This document shows positions 1 through 8,902 of a stretch of 56,790 nt of DNA, in pieces (position 1 is the first letter of the stretch; every line of letters begins with the position of its first letter). The DNA lies in NCBI GenBank assembly GCA_964386615.1, contig CAYLSL010000001.1, forward strand, positions 1-56,790. The letters run 5' to 3'. The position numbers and the translations under genes were made by a program. The notes under the pieces were generated by a model that saw nothing but the letters and a program-made list of their open reading frames with translations, did no database searches and had not been told where the DNA came from. The DNA comes from an uncultured Veillonellaceae bacterium (GTDB lineage: Bacteria > Bacillota > Negativicutes > UBA1444).

Positions 1-1159
1 TCAACTTGACGCTGAGTAGTTTTGCCCCTGGCATATAATGCGGCTTGTCATAAGCAGCCACCATGACAGAGAAATACTCAAAGCCCAGCTCTTTGGCTTC
101 CTTCTCCGTCAGACCGGTTTTGCCGATATTCATTGTCACAATCCGCACAACGACAGTATTGAGCACACCACGGAACTTTTCATCACCGCCGCAGATATTG
201 TCGCCGATAATCCGCCCCTGCTTGTTGGCGGTGGAACCCATCGGCGCAAACACTTTGCGACCGGAAATAATATTGGTGTTTTCCACACAGTCGCCACCGG
301 CATAAATATCGGGGTCACTGGTCTGCATCCGCGCATCGACTGCAATCGCACCGGTTGCGCCAATTTCCAGACCGGCGTCGCGAGCCAGCGCCACGTTGGG
401 CCGCGCCCCCAGCGCCAAAATCACAAGATCAGCTGGAATACTGCGTTGGTCGGTCTCCACCGCCGAGACAGCCTGCTCGCCAACAAAACCAGTTACTTTT
501 TCGCCAGTCAACAGCTGGATTTTTTTCTCTGCCGCATACTTGCCAACCATGCCGGCCACATCGGGGTCCAGAAAGGCGGGGAAAACCTGCTGTTGCATTT
601 CAACTACGGTAACATCCAGTTCCCATTCTCGCAGCGCTTCCGCCATCTCCATGCCGACCAGTCCGGCGCCGATAATAACGGCCTTGGTGAATTTTCCGGT
701 TTGCACGCCTTTGCGCACCACTTCCGCATCACGCGGATGCCACAACGTAAAAATATTGGCCAGTTCGATTCCCGGCAGCGGCGGACGAACCGGCGAAGCA
801 CCTGTTCCGATCACCATTTTGTCATAAGGCAAAACCGATTCCTCACCAGTGCTCACGTTTTTTACCCGCACAGTTTTGGCCGAGCGATCAATTTTTACAG
901 CCTCTGTCTGTGTTAATACATCGATATTTTTAACGCTTTTGAAAAAGGCCGGCGTTCTGAGCGCGCCAGCTGGCGTTTTCATTAGATCACTGATCTGATC
1001 GACTTCGGCAGCCACAAAATACGGCATGCCGCAAGCGCCATAAGAAATCAGTTCGCCACGCTCGACCACTGTAATTTGAGCCTGAGGATCGTTGCGGCGG
1101 ACTTTTGACGCAGCTTTCAGCCCAGCGGCAACACCGCCGATTACTACTATTTTTTTCAT
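1..1159 (-). CDS. FAD-dependent pyridine nucleotide-disulfide oxidoreductase of the CoA-disulfide reductase / NADH oxidase / persulfide reductase family. Only the N-terminal 386 codons are present; the C-terminus lies beyond the window start.
   Basis: Absent from the ORF track because it has no stop in the window. My translation from ATG at 1159 gives MKKIVVIGGVAAGLKAASKVRR (GxGxxG). It has a single redox Cys in SYGACGMPYF, a second Rossmann motif AVIIGAGLVGMEMAEAL, and YAGGDCV. The frame stays open to position 2. The + strand ORF 38..916 is its antisense shadow. Confidence 0.8.
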   Translation of the reverse strand, partial: MKKIVVIGGVAAGLKAASKVRRNDPQAQITVVERGELISYGACGMPYFVAAEVDQISDLMKTPAGALRTPAFFKSVKNIDVLTQTEAVKIDRSAKTVRVKNVSTGEESVLPYDKMVIGTGASPVRPPLPGIELANIFTLWHPRDAEVVRKGVQTGKFTKAVIIGAGLVGMEMAEALREWELDVTVVEMQQQVFPAFLDPDVAGMVGKYAAEKKIQLLTGEKVTGFVGEQAVSAVETDQRSIPADLVILALGARPNVALARDAGLEIGATGAIAVDARMQTSDPDIYAGGDCVENTNIISGRKVFAPMGSTANKQGRIIGDNICGGDEKFRGVLNTVVVRIVTMNIGKTGLTEKEAKELGFEYFSVMVAAYDKPHYMPGAKLLSVKL

Positions 1160-1189
1160 TAGCCACAATCACCTTTTCTATAAATTTGC

Positions 1190-1696
1190 TTATTTGTGCC
1201 CGCCACAACAACAATGACCGTTTCCGTGTGAATGCCCCTGCCCATGTTGATGAGCGCCGCCGCAAGCCGTTTGGCTGCCATCAGCTTCTACTCTTGTTTT
1301 TTGCATGCTACCACACTTTGGACAGGGAATCTCATAGCCGTGTTTTCCGCCGGCGGTACATGGTTCTACTTCCCATTGTTCACCACAGTCGAGACACAAA
1401 AATTTTCGGTTTTTCATTTGATAATATCCTCCCTTTATACATATTTCGCTACCTTCGACCAGCGCCTGGGCAACTTTTGCCCGCGCTAAGTAAAGCAACC
1501 GCTGAAACGTTGGTCTGGACAGCCCCATCAAGGCGGCGCACTCAGTCTGGTCCTTGCCTTCCAGGTCTTTTAACCGCAATGCTTCCAGTTCTTCCATCCC
1601 CAGCTTGACCTGTCCCGGACTGCCGGTAGGCGTCGGAAAAAAGATTCGGCTGCAAGGGTCCAAATCCACCATACCGCAACAACGTTTTCGTACCAC
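1190..1696 (-). CDS. DUF134 (UPF0251) family putative DNA-binding protein with a C-terminal zinc ribbon and a Cys/His-rich tail
   Basis: DUF134 core: RKRCCG...ELEALRLKDLEGKDQTECAALMGLSRPTFQRLLYLARAKVAQALVEG..I.IKGG. Extension: FLCLDCGEQWEV...CPKCGS. Tail: HQHGQGHSHGNGHCCCGGHK. The GTG at 1696 has a GGAGG 7 nt upstream, so I prefer it to the track ATG at 1720, which has no RBS. Confidence 0.75.
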   Translation of the reverse strand: MVRKRCCGMVDLDPCSRIFFPTPTGSPGQVKLGMEELEALRLKDLEGKDQTECAALMGLSRPTFQRLLYLARAKVAQALVEGSEICIKGGYYQMKNRKFLCLDCGEQWEVEPCTAGGKHGYEIPCPKCGSMQKTRVEADGSQTACGGAHQHGQGHSHGNGHCCCGGHK

Positions 1697-1712
1697 ACAC
1701 CAACCTCCAGTT

Positions 1713-1728
1713 TTGAGCATATGCCCAA
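1713..1728 (-). promoter_or_regulatory. 16-bp imperfect palindrome (TTGGGCATATGCTCAA on the minus strand) located 4 nt downstream of the putative -10; candidate operator
   Basis: 7 of 8 symmetric base pairs. It has the same position and the same TTG..CAA ends as the palindrome at 12521..12536 upstream of the paralogous DUF134 gene. Confidence 0.35.
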
Positions 1729-1732
1729 TTCA

Positions 1733-1761
1733 ATTTTATGCTGGTTGTTTGAAAAATGCAA
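1733..1761 (-). promoter_or_regulatory. Putative sigma-70-type promoter for the DUF134 / disulfide-reductase pair
   Basis: On the minus strand: TTGCAT (1761..1756), a 17-nt spacer, then TAAAAT (1738..1733). Confidence 0.4.
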
Positions 1762-1846
1762 TATAAAAATGAGAAAAGCACTGTCACGCCAATCTTCGTC
1801 AGAACGATCCAGTGCTTTTCCCATATAAAATCATGGCTATATTATG

Positions 1847-2680
1847 CTAAAACTCGATCACAGTCCCCACGAAAGCCGAAATATACCGGGAACCAAATTT
1901 TTGGTAAAGAGCCGACATCATCGGAAACCCTGTACAATGATTTGCCGCTACAAAATCCGGGTTCCATTCGGCCAACTGATCAATCGTTTCATTTTGTTGT
2001 TTTTTTGATACAGGCCCCAAATGGGTCCCACCAATCCAACCTTTTAAACGAGTAGCACCAGTTACTGCAAACCCGTGCAAAACTGTATTTACCAAGCCGG
2101 AGTGGGTACAGCCACCGATTACAACGAGCTCTTCCCCCGCAGCGAAATAAATGGCCATATCATCAACGATCTCATCTTGGCAATCGCACCCCTCACATTT
2201 TATGACCAGATTAACATCGCCTTGCTCGAATTCGGACGCGCGAGGGACTTGTCCACTGAGCCATAGCTGCTCACCAATTTTCACCGGATCCGATACCCAT
2301 CGCCATTCCGCGCCCAGTGCCGATAATTGATCCAGCATGTAGGGAGACCCTATATACTGCCGAACTCCTCCCGCATTGGAATAGCGTGGCTTAAACATAT
2401 TCTCGTGTGCATATACCGGCATTTCTTTTCTGGCATGCTGCAAGATATGATACAATCCTCCAACGTGATCATAATGCCCATGACTAACAACCGCCAATGA
2501 AATCAGCTCTGGGGCAACTCCCAGCAAACTCAAATTGTTTACGATAGCTGCCGATTGCCCTGCGTCGAGCAAAATTTTCTTTTCACCTTCCTCGATCAAA
2601 AGGGAAAAGCCATGCTCACCCAAGAACGGCCTTTTGGAACTGATAGGCACAGTATTGTCCATTGCAACAGTAACCTTCAT
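1847..2680 (-). CDS. MBL-fold metallo-hydrolase (COG1237-type)
   Basis: N-terminus MKVTVAMDNT...GEHGFSLLIE..KKILLDAGQS and the metal motif VVSHGHYDHVGG. Length is 277 aa. Confidence 0.8.
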   Translation of the reverse strand: MKVTVAMDNTVPISSKRPFLGEHGFSLLIEEGEKKILLDAGQSAAIVNNLSLLGVAPELISLAVVSHGHYDHVGGLYHILQHARKEMPVYAHENMFKPRYSNAGGVRQYIGSPYMLDQLSALGAEWRWVSDPVKIGEQLWLSGQVPRASEFEQGDVNLVIKCEGCDCQDEIVDDMAIYFAAGEELVVIGGCTHSGLVNTVLHGFAVTGATRLKGWIGGTHLGPVSKKQQNETIDQLAEWNPDFVAANHCTGFPMMSALYQKFGSRYISAFVGTVIEF

Positions 2681-2710
2681 ATTCTCATCTCCCTATTTCA
2701 GTGTCCCAGT

Positions 2711-4048
2711 TCAGCCAACGACCATATTCAGCAGCAACAGTGCCAACAGTCCTACTACCGAAGCAATGGTCGTTGATAAAGTATAAGTTTTAAACAAATC
2801 CCCCATTGACATGCCAAAATACTCCTTGACGAACCAGAAACCTGGGTCATTGACATGCGATAATCCAATAGCGCCAGCACCTATGGCAACGGCAACCAGT
2901 GCAGGATCAAGTCCGGGGTACATCGGCAGCACCGGAGTTACCAGTCCGACAGCCGTAATCATCGCAATAGTGGCGCCCCCCACAGCTGCCCGCATGGCCA
3001 AGGCCACAATCCAGGCCAACACCAGTGGGTTGATATGCCAGGACATCAGCATTGTTTTAATTGCGGCGCCGATTCCGCTGTCCATCAGAATTTTGTTGAA
3101 GGCTCCACTAGCCCCGATGATCAGCAAAATAGCTGCCATCGGGCCGATTGCCACTTCGCTTAGTTTTTGCAGTTTTTCCATGTTCATGCCCCGGTTCAAG
3201 CCCAATGTCCAGTACGATAAGAACACGGCCAAAAACAGGGCGGTAACAGGATCACCAATAAAATTAACATAAACCATCATCGGGTGCGTTTTCCCGAGCA
3301 TAAACTCCAATGCGGTCTTGGAAATCATCAGTAATAATGGAAACAAAATAGTAAATAAAGTAATGCCAAACGGAGGAAGTTTGTCTTCCGGTGTTGGTTC
3401 TGCTTTGCAGAGGTGCGCCGGTGGATTTAACACAAATTTGTCACCAATCGCTTTGGCAAAAATTGGCCCTGCAAGAGCAGCGGCCGGCAAACCCACGAGC
3501 AATCCATAAAATATTACCTTCCCCAAATCAGCCTTTAATCCAATAGCAACTGCTGTCGCTGCAGGATGAGGCGGAACAATGCAATGAACCGTCAATAACC
3601 CAATAATCATTGGTATCCCGATGGTGACCAAAGACATTCCAGCTTCAATCGCAACACAGTATAACAGCGGCATTAACAACACAATGCCTACTTGAAAAAA
3701 GACGGGAATACCGCAGATATAACCAACTATCATGAGCGCCCAGTGGGCATTTTTCTTGCCCAACTTGTCAATTAATGTGCGAGCCAGCCGTTCTGCGCCC
3801 CCCGACACTTCCATCATTTTGCCTACAATGGCTCCAAGTGCCAAGATCGGCGCCAACATTCCTAAAAAACCACCCATTCCCAGTTCAATTGAGCTCAAGA
3901 TTTTGGTAAATGGCATTCCGGTTGCAAAGCCAATAAAAAAACAGGCTGTCAAAAGCGCTACAAAAGCATGCATTTTGACTCGGACGGTTAAAAGAATAAT
4001 TAAAGTAATAGCCAACAATAAAATGATCAGCATTCCTGTAGTACCCAC
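2711..4048 (-). CDS. GntP family permease (gluconate/glycerate-type H+ symporter)
   Basis: 445-aa polytopic membrane protein. The N-terminal region (GMGGFLG...LALGAIVGKMMEVSGGAERLA..L...GKKNA.WAL) is typical of GntP. It lies divergent to a CdaR-type regulator. Confidence 0.85.
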   Translation of the reverse strand: MGTTGMLIILLLAITLIILLTVRVKMHAFVALLTACFFIGFATGMPFTKILSSIELGMGGFLGMLAPILALGAIVGKMMEVSGGAERLARTLIDKLGKKNAHWALMIVGYICGIPVFFQVGIVLLMPLLYCVAIEAGMSLVTIGIPMIIGLLTVHCIVPPHPAATAVAIGLKADLGKVIFYGLLVGLPAAALAGPIFAKAIGDKFVLNPPAHLCKAEPTPEDKLPPFGITLFTILFPLLLMISKTALEFMLGKTHPMMVYVNFIGDPVTALFLAVFLSYWTLGLNRGMNMEKLQKLSEVAIGPMAAILLIIGASGAFNKILMDSGIGAAIKTMLMSWHINPLVLAWIVALAMRAAVGGATIAMITAVGLVTPVLPMYPGLDPALVAVAIGAGAIGLSHVNDPGFWFVKEYFGMSMGDLFKTYTLSTTIASVVGLLALLLLNMVVG

Positions 4049-4171
4049 AGTTTTCCCTCCCCACTTTTTGTACGATTTGCTACTATTGTTTAATCATCAA
4101 TCGTTCGCACACGCCTCCAGTCCAACGATAATTTCTATGCTAATCATAGATTTTAAGGCTTTTTATCGCAA

Positions 4172-4199
4172 TTGACGCAATATACCATTTTTTTATATT
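4172..4199 (+). promoter_or_regulatory. Putative sigma-70-type promoter for the cdaR-like gene
   Basis: TTGACG (4172..4177), a 16-nt spacer, then TATATT (4194..4199). It overlaps a direct repeat CGCAAT-tga-CGCAAT. Confidence 0.35.
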
Positions 4200-4268
4200 T
4201 GGGGTTGCGTTTTTTGTGCATTATGCTACATAATTAACTCGTTATCATTACGCAGGAGGAATGAAAGA

Positions 4269-5441
4269 ATGCTAATAAACAGCGACCTTGCTCAGCGTAT
4301 TGTCAATTCAACGATGTCCCTGGTTAACCGAAATGTTAATATTATGAATCGCGAAGGTGTCATTATCGCAACCGGGCATCCCCACAGAAAAAACACCTTT
4401 CATAAAGGAGCCAAAGATGTGATCGAAACCGGCATGGTTATTGAAATATACCCCGATCAACTGGATCAGTATCCAGGAGCTCTGCAAGGGATTAATCTTC
4501 CCATTGTGCTTGAAGAACAAGTTGTCGGGGTTATCGGAGTATTCGGGGTTCCCGACGAAGTCCGCGATACGGGGAAACTCGTAAAAACAATTACTGAACT
4601 AATCTTGGAACGCGAGTTATTGCAGGAAGAAACCAGATCCCGTTATCGACTGCGAGAACAGTTTCTGGAAACGGCTCTTTCTGTCGATGCAACAAGTGCT
4701 CTGCCCAAAATAAAAAGACTGGGAAAATCCTTAAATATCAATTTATCTTTGCCCCGTTCCATCTCGGTCACAAATGTCGGACCTTTTATCAAAAAAGCCA
4801 TATCTGGATACGGGTCCTCAGAATTGGTTTTGGAACGCTCCATAGAAGCCATTCTAACTCATATAGACCACTCTGGTCTCCTGAGCGAACAAGATCTAGC
4901 GGTTGTCTGGGACGAGCATTTGATCATGTTGAAATCATTTCCCGCTTCGTGGCAGCCGGATTCGCTACAGCACTGGGGTGAATCATTAATGAAAAGCCTA
5001 CAAGGACTCAGTCCTGAAATTACTTGCTGCGGTTCTGGAATGGTTGCAACTGCAGTCATCGATTATTCAACCTCATATCAGCAGGCGCTGTTCTGTCTTG
5101 GCAAATGCCATCCACCCAGTCGCTTACGAACCATCTATGACCGTGAGTTACTAGTAGGGTTTACCTTTGCAAAATCGACTAACTCTGTTATCAATACCGC
5201 ACTAGAACCCTTGGCCGGCAAATTTCAACATTACCTATGCAAAAAATCTGAAGGAAGAAAAACTATTGAGACTTTGCTTTCCTCCAATCTTAACCTTAGC
5301 AATGCCGCTAAGCTTTTGCACCTTCATCGCAATACACTTATGTTTCGATTAAATCAATTTCAAAACATAACCGGGCTTGATCCCGCTCATAATTTTGAAG
5401 ATGCCGTTTTGTGCCGGATTTTGCTTGATACAATCAAATAA
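4269..5441 (+). CDS. CdaR/PucR family sugar-diacid utilisation regulator
   Basis: N-terminal diacid-recognition-like region (AQRIV......N.NIMN..G.IIA.....R....H.GA) and a C-terminal PucR-type HTH (NLSNAAKLLHLHRNTLMFRLNQFQNITGLDP). AGGAGG RBS upstream. Confidence 0.85.
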   Translation: MLINSDLAQRIVNSTMSLVNRNVNIMNREGVIIATGHPHRKNTFHKGAKDVIETGMVIEIYPDQLDQYPGALQGINLPIVLEEQVVGVIGVFGVPDEVRDTGKLVKTITELILERELLQEETRSRYRLREQFLETALSVDATSALPKIKRLGKSLNINLSLPRSISVTNVGPFIKKAISGYGSSELVLERSIEAILTHIDHSGLLSEQDLAVVWDEHLIMLKSFPASWQPDSLQHWGESLMKSLQGLSPEITCCGSGMVATAVIDYSTSYQQALFCLGKCHPPSRLRTIYDRELLVGFTFAKSTNSVINTALEPLAGKFQHYLCKKSEGRKTIETLLSSNLNLSNAAKLLHLHRNTLMFRLNQFQNITGLDPAHNFEDAVLCRILLDTIK

Positions 5442-5519
5442 AAGGAAGTAATTGTATTGCAGGCTATCCAGCAACACAATCACTTCCTTTTATTACAACC
5501 CATTCAATGTTATTTTTGC

Positions 5520-6245
5520 CTATTCGACAACTTCGATCTTTTTCAGGCGATCTTGTTTGAACCGCTCGGAATAGGAATCATACGTGTAGATTGCCGCCAA
5601 CGGATTGTGACCCAAGGCCCGGTCCTTGACAGCAAAAACAGTCACCATCGCTTGGGAATATTTCATAAACATTGAATCGTGACCGACACATAGCCCCAGC
5701 AGAATGTTAAACTCGGTTTCGGCCGTATTCAGCACTTCCGCCTGGGCAATTGGATTGCACATCGGCTCATGCTGACCTATTTGGACCCGTTCGTGATCCG
5801 CCAAGTTCAGCGCAGCCTTGTCGATGCCGCCCACTTTACACATCACGGACACGACGGAAAATCCGTGGTCTTCGAGAATTTTACAAAAAACGGCCGCTTC
5901 TTTGTGCAATCCGCCGCAAAACGCCACGCCAAGTTTCTTGTAGCCCATTTTGCGGGAAAACTCAATGATTTCCTGTACCCGCGGCTTCACCGGGAATTTA
6001 TAGGCAGGTTGAGACATACGGTCAATGTAGCATTCTGCTTCCTGTACCGAGGCATTGTGGGCAAATAAATGAATGTCGGGCTTCGCGTATTCGGCAGCCG
6101 CATTTTCAATTGCATCGGGATACAGTTTAGTCGAGCAAAATGCCGGCGCAGAACCTTCCGGGCTCCTACAGATTCGGTTTTTCACCATACACTGGTCGCA
6201 TTTTCCTTCCCAGATTTTTTCAGTTTCAGTCGTAGACTTTTCCAC
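5520..6245 (-). CDS. DUF1847 domain protein (Cys-rich putative metal-binding protein)
   Basis: N-terminal CDQC...C....C motif, then LGVAFCGGL, MCKVGG and LGLCVGHDS, all typical of DUF1847. Length is 241 aa. Confidence 0.75.
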   Translation of the reverse strand: MEKSTTETEKIWEGKCDQCMVKNRICRSPEGSAPAFCSTKLYPDAIENAAAEYAKPDIHLFAHNASVQEAECYIDRMSQPAYKFPVKPRVQEIIEFSRKMGYKKLGVAFCGGLHKEAAVFCKILEDHGFSVVSVMCKVGGIDKAALNLADHERVQIGQHEPMCNPIAQAEVLNTAETEFNILLGLCVGHDSMFMKYSQAMVTVFAVKDRALGHNPLAAIYTYDSYSERFKQDRLKKIEVVE

Positions 6246-6297
6246 CCTATTCTCCCCCTAAAAAAATAATCATTCACGCCTGTGTTTGGCTCCGGGT

Positions 6298-7275
6298 CTA
6301 TTCTTCAGGCACGCACAATTTTCCTGCCCGAATTAATCCTAGAGTCTTAACCGCAACCAACAAAGTAACCAAGCTAGACAACATAAGTAATACAGTTCCA
6401 CTGTATTGAAAAAACACGAACTGCGTGGCCCTGAAGGCAATAAACTGAGCAATAGTAAGAGCACATAGCGGGAAAGTATAGGCCCACCAGGACATGAAAA
6501 ACGGCAACGCCAAAAATTTCTTATACATAGTGAATAGCAAGATGGCAATAAATAAAGCCAAATAAATCATAATACGTCCGGCTGCATCAAAACTGCCGGT
6601 GAGTCGAAAATAGGAAACAAATCCGATTGCTGGCGGCGCGATCAAAATAAACAGGGTTGGCACAAGCTTCCCCGGCAGGTCGCCGTGAAACCCCAATCGA
6701 TATATCATAATGGCAAATAAACTCAACCAAAACACTAATCCAATGCTATAAAAGAACCAGGATATTTCTTTCGAGGCAAACTCCACCCCGGCAATGGGTA
6801 CCAGGATATTGCCAACCACAGGAATAAACCAGGACGGGTTGAATTGTTGGATGCTATAAAGCCTGCCGATCCAGCGCGACACAGCAATTAGAGTAAATGT
6901 TAAATGCGCGATGGCCCCCGCCACCCACAAGCCCTTTGCCAAAGAAGGATTACTTTCCATCATGGCAATAGCAAGCAACAACAAACTGATGGAGATTGCG
7001 GGAAAGAAGTTAAACCGAACCGGATGATTAAATTCCTGCTGCGCCTCGTGAGGAAATCGGATAATTTTACCTATATAAAACCCGCAAATCACGAGGAATG
7101 CGCCAGAAGCCAGCAGCAACAACCCATTCCCCACACTATGCAGAATCGGATAGAGTTGTGCTGCCCGCATGAAAGCGATTGACAATCCTGTCAAACCCAT
7201 GATGCTGGCAAATACTGTGATGGGAAAAAATTGCACACTAAAACTCCTTTGCAAAAAAGCATCAAGGAACGGCAA
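6298..7275 (-). CDS. TDT/TehA/SLAC1 family anion transporter (tellurite-resistance / dicarboxylate transporter family)
   Basis: 325-aa protein with about 10 hydrophobic helices. The N-terminus FFPITVFASIMGLTGLSIAF is typical of the family. Confidence 0.75.
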   Translation of the reverse strand: MPFLDAFLQRSFSVQFFPITVFASIMGLTGLSIAFMRAAQLYPILHSVGNGLLLLASGAFLVICGFYIGKIIRFPHEAQQEFNHPVRFNFFPAISISLLLLAIAMMESNPSLAKGLWVAGAIAHLTFTLIAVSRWIGRLYSIQQFNPSWFIPVVGNILVPIAGVEFASKEISWFFYSIGLVFWLSLFAIMIYRLGFHGDLPGKLVPTLFILIAPPAIGFVSYFRLTGSFDAAGRIMIYLALFIAILLFTMYKKFLALPFFMSWWAYTFPLCALTIAQFIAFRATQFVFFQYSGTVLLMLSSLVTLLVAVKTLGLIRAGKLCVPEE

Positions 7276-7331
7276 AATCCTGACATCCTCTGATTTCTGC
7301 CGTTCCCCTGGTTCCCCTCTTAAATGCCAAT

Positions 7332-8519
7332 TTAGTGTCCGCAGCTATGACCATCGCCTTCTTCATGATTACATGCATTTTCCCCGCCAGTCAATACCCC
7401 GGTCAAATATTTTTTTACGATTTCCAGCGGTTCTTCCGGCACAATGCCGCAAACAACCGTAATCCCTTTGGATTCGAAGATTTGTTGGGCCCGTTCTCCC
7501 ATCCCGCCAACCAAAACTACGGTTGCACCTTGCTGCGAGAGCCATTCGGGAATCACGCCAGGTTCATGGGGCGGCGGCACCAGCATTTCCGTTGACACTA
7601 CCTTATTTTCTTCAACTGTTGCCAACAAAAATTGCTCGCAATGACCAAAGTGGGAACTCAAACTTCCTGCAACAACCGGAACCGCAACTTTTTGCTTTTC
7701 GTTCATTTTGTCTATCCCCTTCGCTTCCTCTTCTATAGATAGTCGGGAAACAATCGCCGATACCATCGTTTTCATGATTGCAGAACGTTCCAAAACGGAC
7801 GCGCCATCGTCGCCGGCACAGACCACCATCGGGTCAATCGGCATTTGGCCCAGAAATGGAACTTTGAATTCCTGCGCCAGTTTTTCGCCGCCGCCGACTT
7901 TGAAAATTGCGGCATGGTTACCGCAGGCAGGACAGACATAGCCACTCATGTTCTCAATGATGCCAACCACTTTCAGTCCGACTTGCTGGCAAAAATTCAA
8001 CGATTTTTTCACATCTGACAAGGCCACTCCTTGCGGAGTTGTTACAACAATCGCCCCACACCCTGGAATAAACTGGGCTACGGTCAACGGCTCGTCACCA
8101 GTTCCCGGCGGGCTGTCAATAATCAAAACATCGAGCGGCCCCCAGGCAACATCAGTCAAAAACTGCTTGATAACGCCGATTTTTAAAGGGCCGCGCCAAA
8201 TCACAGCATCATCCTGGTGCTGAAGGAATCCTTGCATCGAAATTACTTTTAGATTCTCCGTATATTGGTGAGGTTGAATCTTGCCGTTCACTGAGTCGAG
8301 CGCCAGCCCAGTCAGTCCGAGAATCCGTGCAATACTCGGTCCATGAACATCAATGTCCAGCAATCCCGTGCGCATTCCTTTTTCAGCACATTCTGTCGCG
8401 ATGGCGGCTGCCATAGTACTTTTCCCTACACCTCCCTTGCCGCTCATCACCATGAAAACCTGCTTTACACTTTTTAAAAATTGCTCCACTTCCGCATCTT
8501 GCTGTTGCCCGTGTTCCAT
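7332..8519 (-). CDS. Mrp/NBP35/ApbC-type Fe-S cluster carrier ATPase fused to a C-terminal NifX/NifB-like (Nitro_FeMo-Co) domain, ending in a Cys/His tail
   Basis: Deviant Walker A MSGKGGVGKST and the cluster-bridging motif YVCPACG. The C-terminal domain (VAVPV....LSSHFGHCEQFLL..V......STEML.....HEPGVIPEWL...GATVVLVGGMG..A..IF...GI.V) is followed by the tail CNHEEGDGHSCGH. Confidence 0.85.
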   Translation of the reverse strand: MEHGQQQDAEVEQFLKSVKQVFMVMSGKGGVGKSTMAAAIATECAEKGMRTGLLDIDVHGPSIARILGLTGLALDSVNGKIQPHQYTENLKVISMQGFLQHQDDAVIWRGPLKIGVIKQFLTDVAWGPLDVLIIDSPPGTGDEPLTVAQFIPGCGAIVVTTPQGVALSDVKKSLNFCQQVGLKVVGIIENMSGYVCPACGNHAAIFKVGGGEKLAQEFKVPFLGQMPIDPMVVCAGDDGASVLERSAIMKTMVSAIVSRLSIEEEAKGIDKMNEKQKVAVPVVAGSLSSHFGHCEQFLLATVEENKVVSTEMLVPPPHEPGVIPEWLSQQGATVVLVGGMGERAQQIFESKGITVVCGIVPEEPLEIVKKYLTGVLTGGENACNHEEGDGHSCGH

Positions 8520-8524
8520 TTTTC

Positions 8525-8893
8525 TCAGACCCCTTTTTTCTCATTTGGTGCAAAATATTCTTGATAGTGGCCTTCTAAAAATGCCGCCAGTACCTCACTG
8601 ACTTTACCGGGTTCGACGCAAAATACTTTGGCGTCGTTGGTCCGTAGTACCTGAAGTGCTTTCGGCCCAACATTCCCGGTAATCAACACTTTTGCTCCAA
8701 GCTTTTCTATGGTTTGAGCTGCTTGTATGCCTGCGCCGTGGGCCAAGTCGGCATTCGTGCTGTTTTCATAGACCGTCCAGGCTTTTTCCCGCGAATCAAA
8801 TACTAAAAAATAGGGAGAGCGACCAAACCGTCCGTCCATCATCCCGCCAGGGCTTTTCGTTGCCGCTGTAACTGCTATTTTCATTCTATTCAC
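8525..8893 (-). CDS. NifX/NifB-like dinitrogenase iron-molybdenum cofactor family domain protein (MTH1175-like)
   Basis: MKIAVTA......DGRFGRSPYFLVFD........EN........GAGIQAAQ.....GAKVLITGNVGPKA...L. Length is 122 aa. Confidence 0.8.
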   Translation of the reverse strand: MNRMKIAVTAATKSPGGMMDGRFGRSPYFLVFDSREKAWTVYENSTNADLAHGAGIQAAQTIEKLGAKVLITGNVGPKALQVLRTNDAKVFCVEPGKVSEVLAAFLEGHYQEYFAPNEKKGV

Positions 8894-8902
8894 CCCTTAT
8901 TA

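Noticed and set aside
38-916. 292-aa + strand ORF, the longest ORF the track lists at the left edge
   Set aside because: The translation is low-complexity and rich in Arg, His and Gln. It lies exactly antisense to a minus-strand frame with clear FAD/NAD Rossmann motifs and a redox Cys. It is a shadow ORF.
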